Shown: one piece after another, positions 53,775 through 64,000 of the stretch
How the letters are laid out: each line of letters opens with the position of its first letter
Position numbering within the stretch: position 1 is the first letter of the stretch
Source of the DNA: Eledone cirrhosa
Lineage: Eukaryota
Direction: 5' to 3'
NCBI GenBank assembly: GCA_964016885.1
Contig: OZ024742.1
Coordinates: 204,848,001 to 204,912,000 of the forward strand
Length of the DNA stretch: 64,000 bases
Program-made: the position numbers and the translations under genes
The notes under the pieces: generated by a model
Databases searched by the model: none
The model's input: only the letters and a program-made list of their open reading frames with translations
What the model was told of the DNA's origin: nothing

Positions 53775-56700
53775 GACAATGGGTTGGGTGGGGTAGGAAT
53801 CATGGTAGCAGAAAAGTGGGCAGATAAGATAATAGACGTAAATAGAGTGAACGACAGAATAATTAAAATAAGACTTGTCCTCAATAAAACTACGGTGACA
53901 GTAATATCTGCATACGCACCCCAATCCGGACTGCCCCGCGCTATAAAAGACAGATTCTACGAGACACTGATGCTCGCTACCTCCCAAATAACCGACAGTG
54001 ACTATATAGTTATTGCAGGCGACCTAAATGGTCACGTTGGACAACATTGTGACGGCTATGACGGAATCCATGGAGGCTATGGGTTCGGTACTAGAAATGA
54101 GGAAGGCTCCAGAATCCTGGAATTCTGCGACGCAAATAACTTAACTATCTGTAACACTAACTTCAAAAAACGAGACAATCACTTGATCACCTATAGATCG
54201 GGGGAACACACAAGCCAGGTAGATTATATCCTTACCAGAAGACGTGACAGAGTGTCTGTTGTTAACACTAAATCCCACCCCCATGAAGAATTCACCTCCC
54301 AACATAGACTGATAATTAGCAACCTCATAGTCAGGACGAGACGTACTAGACAGCGAAAGAGGACTATCCTCAGGAGAAAAATATGGAAGCTAAAGGACCC
54401 CATAGCCAGAAATAAATTTCAAAGCAAATTACTTGACGCTTTCGACAGTAAGGAAGAGCAATTAGAGTCGTATAATATAGAGGAACAGTGGGAATTCCTG
54501 AGAGCAAACCTGCTGACGGCGGCAGACGAAGTCTGTGGCTGGAGCAGGCCTGTAGGTAGGAGGAGAGTAACATGGTGGTGGAACAGTAAGGTGGAGGAGT
54601 CAATTAAGGCCAAAAAGCAGGCTTGGAAAGTATGGCGGGATGGGGGAAGTAGAGAAGACTATCGAGTGGCCAGGAGGGAAGCTAGGAGACAAGTGTACTT
54701 CGCAAGAAGGGAAGCAGAGGAAAGAAAGTTCAAGCATGTTCTACAACGTGAGGACCAAAAACGTGAGGTGTTCAGGATTGCCAGGCAATGTGTCAAGGAA
54801 AACCGTGATATTGTCGGGGAGAAGTGTGTACTTAACGATGATGGCATACTTGCCATCACCGACGCTGATAAGAAGGTAGCTTGGAAGTGTCACTACGAAA
54901 GGCTTCTAAATGAGGAGAACAAATGGGAGAAAGACAGTCTCCCCCAGATCGATCCAATAGAGGGACCAGCAGTGTTAGTTGAAGGTAGTATAATAAGTAA
55001 GGCAATCAAAGATATGAAGACGGGTAAGGCGGCTGGGCCTTCGGAAATAGTTGCTGAGATGCTGAAGGCATCTGGTTCGGTGGGACACACCATGGTCACC
55101 CGGATAGTTAACCAAGTCGTACAGAATGGGGTTGTTCCGAAGGAATGGCGTAGCAGCATCATCGTTAACTGCTATAAGGGAAAAGGAGATGCCCTAGATA
55201 GGAGTAACTATAGAGGCATTAAATTAATCGACCAGGTCATGAAGGTCACGGAAAAAGTAATAGCGCAACTAATCAGAGAGAGAATTGATCTAGATGAAAT
55301 GCAGTTCGGGTTTGTGTCAGGAAAAAGTACCACAGACGCTCTTTTCATTGTGCGACAACTACAGGAGAAGTACCTAGCTAAAAGTAAACCCCTATACTTA
55401 GCTTTTGTCGACTTGGAGAAAGCCTTCGACAGAGTCTCCCGTTCCATTATCTGGTGGGCTCTTAGAAAACTAGGTGTTGACGAATGGCTTGTGAGAGCTA
55501 TACAAGCCATGTATAAAGAAACAGTCAGTAAGGTTAGAATTAACAACGAATATAGTGAAGAGTTTAGCGTAAAAGTTGGTGTCCATCAGGGCTCAGTACT
55601 TAGCCCCCTACTATTTATTATTGCCCTTCAGGCTATAACAGAGGAGTTCAAGACCGGCTGCCCATGGGAACTCCTATACGCAGATGATCTAACGCTCATA
55701 GCTGAATCAATGACCGAACTAGAGAAGAAATTCCAAACGTGGAAGCACGGCCTAGAATCAAAAGGCCTTAAAATTAACCTGGCTAAGACTAAAGTTCTAG
55801 TTTGTAGGAAAGAAAATAAGGCGGCGGTCCCATCGGGGAAATGGCCATGCTCAGTGTGTAGGAAAGGCGTAGGTAGAAACTCCATTTTATGTCCCAAATG
55901 CAAAGTATGGGTGCATAAAAGATGTAGTGGGATCACAGGTAAGCTAACTAAGAACATAGATTTTACATGTGGCCGGTGCTCTGGTGCAATAAGTAGCAGC
56001 AAGTGCCCACAAAATACTAGCTCCTTCAACTGCGCAGAGGGTTCTATAGAAATAGTGGACAGCTTCCGTTATCTGGGTGACAAAATCAGCAGTGGGGGAG
56101 GGTGCTCTGAAAGTACAGTAGCTAGAGTCAGAACTGGATGGAAAAAGTTCAGAGAGCTTATACCACTATTAGCCGCTAGAGGGTTCTCCCTAAAAATGAA
56201 AGGCAGGTTATACGATGCCTGCATACGAACAGCAATGCTGCATGGCAGTGAGACCTGGGCATTGTGTGCAGAGGATATACGCAGACTAGAGAGGAACGAA
56301 GCTTGCATGCTCCGCTGGATGTGCAATAGTAATATACGTGAACGGCAAAGCATAAACGAACTAAGGAAAAAATTAGAAATAAGAGGGATCAGATGTTGTT
56401 TACTCGAGAGAAGGCTACGTTGGTACGGTCACGTGATGCGCATGAAAGACGACAGCTGTATAACAAAGTGCAGGGCAATAAAGATAGACGGTAGCCACGG
56501 AGTAGGCAGACCCAGAAAAACATGGGACGAGCTGATAAATTCCGACCTCACACGCTTACACCTCTCCAAGACAATGTCACTGGACCGAGACCTTTGGCGG
56601 TACTCAGTAATAGAGAAGACCCGCCTTACCTAAATACAAAGTAAAAACCTACTACAGTCAGTAGGCACCTCTATCAAAACACACCCCCGTCCCACCACCT

Positions 56701-57139
56701 CCACCCCACCCACACCGCCCCTTTCAATGTAAAGTTATGTTGGTCCCACAACATCCAGGCCGAAACAAATGAGATCGTGTAGGTGTCACGACAAAAAACA
56801 CACAGTCCACGCTGTGAATGTGGCCGTGTAGGCAACACGGTAAAAACCTCCCAGCCCCACACTGTAAATGTGGTTGGTGTTAGGAAGGGCATCCAGCTGT
56901 AGAAAACCCGCCAGACAGTCCACGCTGTAATGTGGCCGTGTAGGCAACACGGTAAAAACCTCCCAGCCCCACACTGTAAATGTGGTTGGTGTTAGGAAGG
57001 GCATCCAACTGTAGAAAACCCGCCAGACAGTCCTATGCGAGCAAGACAACCACTCTTGCCTCAAGTGGGAAAACCCCCGTCCAAACCCATGCAAGCGTGG
57101 AACACGGACGCTAAACCTGATGATGATGATGATGATGAT
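53775..57139 (+). mobile_element. RTE LINE, truncated within the endonuclease; ORF 53784-56633 intact
   Basis: 949-aa ORF with GDLN, YADD and PHD; duplicated 3'UTR block; (GAT)n tail; TA flanks. Confidence 0.96.
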
Positions 57140-57159
57140 ATATATATAAATATGTATAT

Positions 57160-57192
<33 letters not shown>

Positions 57193-57209
57193 AATATGTA
57201 TAAATATGT

Positions 57210-57240
<31 letters not shown>

Positions 57241-57251
57241 AATATGTATAT

Positions 57252-57284
<33 letters not shown>

Positions 57285-57299
57285 AATATGTATATATAT

Positions 57300-57330
<31 letters not shown>

Positions 57331-57371
57331 AATATGTATATATATATAAATATGTATATATATATAAATAT

Positions 57372-57422
<51 letters not shown>

Positions 57423-57731
57423 AATATGTATATATATATAAATATGTATATATATATAAATGTGTATATATATATAAATGTGTATATATATAAAAATATG
57501 TGTATATATATATAAATATGTGTATATATATATAAATATGTATATATATATATAAATATGTGTATATATATATAAATATGTGTATATATATATAAATATG
57601 TATATATATATATAAATATGTTTATATATATATATATATAAATATGTTTATATATATATAAATATGTATATATATATATAAATATGTATATATATATATA
57701 AATATACATATATATATATATATAAATATAA

Positions 57732-58448
57732 AGAATTAGTATATCTACTAACATATATATACAGATGCATACCTATGCCAGCAAATATATAGGTTTTGTC
57801 TTAGTAACTTTGTGGTTCAATGCATGGGGATGCAGAACAATAATATGAGAGACGTAAAATAAGAAAATTATGAAATTAACTTACTTACTAAAATTTCACT
57901 CCAACTAATTAGTTTCTGAAAGGGAATAAACATAGTTTCCGAAGAAACGTACAGAGAAGCCTTTCGTCATCAGGGAAGTCTATTCTCAGCTAAGTTTCCA
58001 GTCAATACGTGGACACAGGGAACTTATACAAAAATAATATCTCCAAATTATTTTGTCGAGCCAAAATTGGCCAAAACTGCTACTATAGTTCAAAGTAACA
58101 GTCCAGCTGCTGTCTTCTTAACAAACCACTCTTTACTGATTGACCTCGATGTCACGTGATTGATTCTTTTGAATTTGCCACCGACGCAGTAGGCAGTGAT
58201 TTTTTTCAATGGCTTGGAACTTAGTCCACGCTTTGCTTTTTTCCATCCACTGAATTATTTTTGTATAAGTTCCGTGTGTCCACGTATTGCCTGGAAACTT
58301 AGCTGAGAATAGACATCCCTGATGACGAAAGGCTTCTCCGTACGTTTCTTCGGAAACTATGTTTATTCCCTTTCAGAAACTAATTAGTTGGAGTAAAATT
58401 TTAGTAAGTAAGTTAATTTTATAATTTTCTTATTTTACGTCTCTCATA
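57732..58448. mobile_element. Fold-back element with ~195-bp inverted arms, probably a Penelope pLTR-type relic; related copy at 63645-64000
   Basis: 57844-58038 is the reverse complement of 58254-58448; each arm has a CTGATGA...GAAAC motif. Confidence 0.7.
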
Positions 58449-58529
58449 TATATATATAAATATGTATATATATATATAAATATGTATATATATATATATA
58501 TATATAAATATGTATATATATATATATAA

Positions 58530-58566
<37 letters not shown>

Positions 58567-58741
58567 TGTATATATATATATATAAATATGTATATATATA
58601 TATATATAAATATGTATATATATATATATAAATATGTATATATATATATATAAATATGTATATATATATATATAAATATGTATATATATATATATATATA
58701 AATATGTATATATATATATAAATATGTATATATATATATAT

Positions 58742-60004
58742 ATCATCATCATCATCATCATCAACGTTTAACGTCCGTGTTCCACGCTTGCATAGGTTTG
58801 GACGGGGGTAGTCCCACTTGAGGCAAGAGTGATTGTCTTGCTCGCATAGGACTGTCTGGCAGGTTTTCTACAGTTGGATGCCCTTCCTAACACCAACCAC
58901 ATTTACAGTGTGGGTCTGGGAGGTTTTTACCGTGTTGCCTTCACGGCCACATTACAGCGTGGACTGTGTGTTTTTTTGTCGTGACACCTACACGATCTCA
59001 TTTGTTTCGGCCTGGATGGCGCGGCACCAACATAACTTTACATAGAACGGGGTGGTGTGGATGGGGTGGGGGTGGTGGCGGGACGGGGTGTATTTTGTTA
59101 GAGATGCCTACTGGCAAGGCGGGTCTTCTCTGTTACTGAGTACCGCCAAAGGTCACGGTCCAGTGACATTGTCTTGGAGAGGTGTAAGTGTGTGAGGTCG
59201 GAGTTTATCAGCTCATCCCATGTTTTTCTAGGTCTGCCTATTCCGTGGCTACCGTCTATCTTTATTGCCCTGCACTTTGTAATACAGCTATCGACTTTCA
59301 TGCGCATCACGTGTCCATACCAACGCAGCCTTCTCTCGAGTAAACAACATCTGATCCCTCTTATCTCTAATTTTTTCCTTAGTTCGTTTATGCTTTGCCG
59401 TTCACGTATATTACTGTTACACATCCAGCGGAGCATGCAAGCTTCGTTCCTCTCTAGTCTGCGTATATCCTCTGCACACAATGCCCAGGTCTCACTACCA
59501 TGCAACATTGCTGTTCGTATGCAGGCATCGTACAACCTGCCTTTCATTTTTAGGGAGAACCCTTTAGCAGCTAATAGTGGTATAAGCTCTCTGAACTTTT
59601 TCCAACCAGTTCTGACTCTAGCTACAGTACTTTCAGAGCACCCTCCCCCACTGCTGATTTTATCGCCCAGGTAACGGAAGCTGTCCACTATTTCTATAGA
59701 ACCCTCTGCGCAATTGAAAGAGCTAGTATTTTGTGGGCACTTGTTGCTACTTATTGCACCAGAACACCGGCCACATGTAAAGTCTATGTTCTTAGTTAGC
59801 TTACCTGTGATCCCACTACATCTTTTATGCACCCAAACTTTGCATTTAGGACATAAGATGGAGTTTCTACCTACGCCTTTCCTACATACCGAGCACGACC
59901 ATTTCCCAGAAGGGACCGCCGCCTTCTTTTCTTTCCTACAAACTAGAACTTTGGTCTTAGCCAGGTTAATTTTAAGTCCTTTTGACTCTAGGCCGTGCTT
60001 CCAT
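58742..60004 (-). mobile_element. 5'-truncated RTE copy (RLASRHL C-terminal variant)
   Basis: ORF 59098-59832 plus upstream frame; (CAT)n; TA flanks. Confidence 0.95.
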
Positions 60005-60088
60005 ATAAATATGTATATATATATATATAAATATGTATATATATATATATATATATATAAATATGTATATATATATATATATATATAA

Positions 60089-60131
<43 letters not shown>

Positions 60132-60218
60132 TGTATATATATATAAATATGTATATATATATAAATATGTATATATATATAAATATGTATATATATATAA
60201 ATATGTATATATATATAA

Positions 60219-60257
<39 letters not shown>

Positions 60258-60290
60258 TGTATATATATATAGATATGTATATATATATAA

Positions 60291-60321
<31 letters not shown>

Positions 60322-60340
60322 AATATGTATATATATATAA

Positions 60341-60371
<31 letters not shown>

Positions 60372-60656
60372 AATATGTATATATATATAGATATGTATAT
60401 ATATATAAATATGTATATAAATATGTATATATATATAAATATGTATATATATATAAATATGTATATGTATATATATGTATATATATATAAATATGTATAT
60501 GTATATATATATATATATATAAATATGTATATATATATAAATATGTATATATATATAAATATGTATATATATATATAAATATGTATATATATATAAATAT
60601 GTATATATATATAAATATGTATATATATATAAATATGTATATATATATATATATAA

Positions 60657-61540
60657 AGTAGCTAGAGTCAGAACTGGGTGGAAAAAGTTCAGAGAGCTTA
60701 TACCACTATTAGCCGCTAAAGGGTTCTCCCTAAAAATGAAAGGCAGGCTGTACGATGCCTGCATACGAACAGCAATGTTGCATGGCAGTGAGACCTGGGC
60801 ATTGTGTGCAGAGGATATACGCAGACTAGAGAGAAACGAAGCTTGCATGCTCCGCTGGATGTGTAATAGTAATATACGTGAACGACAAAGCATAAACGAA
60901 CTAAGGAAAAAATTAGAAATAAGAGGGATCAGATGTTGTTTACTAGAGAGAAGGCTACGTTGGTATGGTCACGTGATGCGCATGAAGGATGATAGCTGTA
61001 TAACAAAGTGCAGGGCAATAAAGATAGACGGTAGCCACGGAATAGGCAGACCCAGAAAAACCTGGGACGAGCTGATAAACTCCGACCTCACACACTTACA
61101 CCTCTCCAAGACAATGTCACTGGACCGAGACCTTTGGCAGTACTCAGTAATAGAGAAGACCCGCCTTGCCAGTAGGCATCTCTAACAAAATACACCCCGT
61201 CCCACCACCACAACCCCCACCCCATCCACACCACCCCGTTCTATGTAAAGTTATGTTGGTGCCGCGCCATCCAGGCCGAAACAAATGAGATCGTGTAGGT
61301 GTCACGACAAAAAAACACACAGTCCACGCTGTAATGTGGCCGTGTAGGCAACACGGTAAAAACCTCCCAGACCCACACTGTAAATGTGGTTGGTGTTAGG
61401 AAGGGCATCCAACTGTAGAAAACCTGCCAGACAGTCCTATGCGAGCAAGAAAATCACTCTTGCCTCAAGTGAGACTACCCCCGTCCAAACCCATGCAAGC
61501 GTGGAACACGGACGTTAAACGTTGATAATGATGATGATGA

Positions 61541-61544
<4 letters not shown>
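60657..61544 (+). mobile_element. 5'-truncated RTE copy (RLASRHL C-terminal variant)
   Basis: ORF 60736-61185; (GAT)n tail; TA flanks. Confidence 0.95.
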
Positions 61545-61603
<59 letters not shown>

Positions 61604-62109
61604 AATATGTATATATATATATATAAATATGTATATATATATATATATTAGAAAGATCGAGTATCGAAAAATCGGCGCACGAGTTCACGATAAACAAGAT
61701 TCGAAATGAGCGGCAGAGGGCTCAATAATTCAGATGAATCAGAGCTATAACTATCGTTAAAATACCGTCACATATAGAACAAGTCTACAATCAACCATAC
61801 GATAAAAAATCGATAAAGGAAGATTCGGGACAAACAGATAAAAAATATCAATAAAACAATACGTCAATAATTTAAATGAATGTAAAATCATACCCGGACC
61901 CACTAGACAGGTGTTAAATCTAGCTTCATGGGTTTCTGTGAATCCTTAGACTGTACTCTATCAGCTCACATATAAATATAAAAGCCTACTAGAGTAAGCG
62001 GAACGGAGTTTACTTTCTCAACGAGCTTTTTTCCTGGCGGTAGAGGGGCTAAATATATGTATATATATATATATATATATAAATATGTATATATATATAT
62101 ATATATATT

Positions 62110-62679
62110 ATCATCATCACCGTTTTACGTCCGTTCTTCCACGCTAGCATGGGTTAGACGGGTTGTCCTGTTGTGGGCAGTGTCTGGTCGGCTGACCATG
62201 CCTTGCTCATACAGGAACTGATTTGGCTTGATTTCTACAGCTGGACGCCCTTCCTAACACCAACCTCATTTACAGTGAGTGCTGGGTGCTTTTTCGTGGT
62301 GCCTACACGTCCACTTTACAGTGTGGGCTGGGTGCTTTTTTGCCGTGGCACCTCCACGACTACCTTGCGATGTGGGGGCATATTGTCTATATGCTTCAGC
62401 TTGTACCCATGGGAGGTCGGGTACTCTGTATTACTGCGTGACGCCAGAGGTCACGGTCGTGTGTCATTGCTTTTGAGAGGTTTAATTGGGTAAGGTCGGC
62501 TTTTATCACCTCATCCCAGGTCATCTTGGGTCTCCCCACTCCGCAGTTTCCATCGACTTCTAGTGCTCTGCACCTTTTTATGCAGCTGTCATCCTTCATA
62601 CGCATCACATGTCCATACCAGCGCAACCGCCTCTCCTGCACATAGCATTTGATTCCTCTTATGCTCAGTCTCTCTCTCA
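62110..62679 (-). mobile_element. 3' fragment of a second RTE family; shorter copy at 62873-63040
   Basis: RRLRWYGHV...GRPKMTWDEV; different 3'UTR; (CAT)n tail. Confidence 0.88.
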
Positions 62680-62810
62680 ATATATATTATATATATTATA
62701 TATATATATTATATATATATTATATATATATATATTATATATATATATTATATATATATTATATATATATATATTATATATATATATTATATATATATAT
62801 AATATATATT

Positions 62811-62854
<44 letters not shown>

Positions 62855-63046
62855 TATATGTTTTATATATATATCAGCATCATCATCATCATCACCATTT
62901 TACATCCGTTCTTCCACGCTAGCATGGGTTAGACGGGTTGTCCTGTTGTGGGCAGTGTCTGGTTGGCTGACCATGCCTTGCTCATACAGGAACTGATTTG
63001 GCTTGATTTCTACAGTTGGATGCCCTTCCTAACACCAACCTATATG

Positions 63047-63083
<37 letters not shown>

Positions 63084-63096
63084 GTATATATATATG

Positions 63097-63176
<80 letters not shown>

Positions 63177-63187
63177 AATATGTATAT

Positions 63188-63218
<31 letters not shown>

Positions 63219-63267
63219 AATATGTATATATATATATATAAATATGTATATATATATATATATATAT

Positions 63268-63466
63268 ATAGGAAAAAGTATGAGCCCGACGGCAGAGCTC
63301 AAGCCGTTTCGACGGCTATTTCTGGAGGCCAGAAATAGCCGTCGAAACGGCTTGAGCTGTGCCGTCAGGGTCATACTTTTTCCTATTTCCCACTCTACTA
63401 CCCTGAGTATTGAGTACTCTGGTGCGTTATGGTCCATCTGGTTCCTTACCACAATTCCTTTGTTAT
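63268..63466. repeat. TA-embedded element with a near-perfect ~118-nt hairpin (63268-63385)
   Basis: ataggaaaaagtatga...cggctatttctgg agg ccagaaatagccg...tcatactttttcctat. Confidence 0.85.
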
Positions 63467-63500
63467 ATAAATATATATATATATATAAATATGTGTATAA

Positions 63501-63582
<82 letters not shown>

Positions 63583-63644
63583 TAAATATATATATATATA
63601 AATATACATATATATATAAATATATATATATAAATATATATATA

Positions 63645-64000
63645 GAGAGTTAGTATATCTACCAACATATGTATACAGATGTATACTCATGCTAGCAAAT
63701 ATATATGTTATGTCTTAGTACCTTTGTGGTTCTATGCAGGGGGATGCAGAACAATTATATGAAAGACGTAAAATAAGAAAATTTTAAAAATTAACTTACT
63801 TACTAAAATTTTCACTCCAACTAATTAGTTTCTGTAAGGGAATAAATATAGTTACGTAACATAACTATAGAGACGTCCTTACGTCATCAGGGAGTCTATT
63901 CTCATCTAAGTTCCCAGGCAATGCGCGGACACTAGGAACCCATATAAAAATAATAATTCAGTGGATGGAATAAAGCTAGCGGGGACTAAATTCCAAAGCA
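63645..64000 (-). mobile_element. Diverged copy of the 57732-58448 family, running off the window end
   Basis: Aligns by eye to 57732-58038, then to the reverse complement of 58205-58260. Confidence 0.75.

Noticed and set aside
58742-61544. Twin-priming inversion of a single LINE
   Set aside because: Both halves contain the same 3' region and their own tails, and they differ in sequence.

Overview
AT-rich, repeat-dominated animal genomic DNA. The SINE, RTE and CR1 families and the huge (TA)n tracts suggest an octopod cephalopod (inference). Host content is small: two divergently oriented genes probably share a promoter near 11.3-11.6 kb. One is a minus-strand gene with a low-complexity exon (9397-10170). 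The other is a plus-strand gene with a DAP3/MRPS29-like mitochondrial-protein exon (17665-17868). The rest looks intronic and is filled with mobile DNA: young RTE LINEs carrying a PHD finger inside the RT region (several embedded in compound (TA)n arrays), two CR1-group LINEs, a CRE-clade LINE, a complete hAT/Buster transposon with TIRs and TSD, a mariner relic, MITEs, SINEs, an ~80-bp satellite and minisatellites. The most notable item is a non-coding 468-bp tandem repeat (45752-47044). It carries two intact minimal hammerhead ribozymes and an inverted segment that spans the monomer junction, as expected for a retrozyme or non-autonomous Penelope-like element. Other Penelope-type relics with hammerhead motifs or fold-backs lie nearby.
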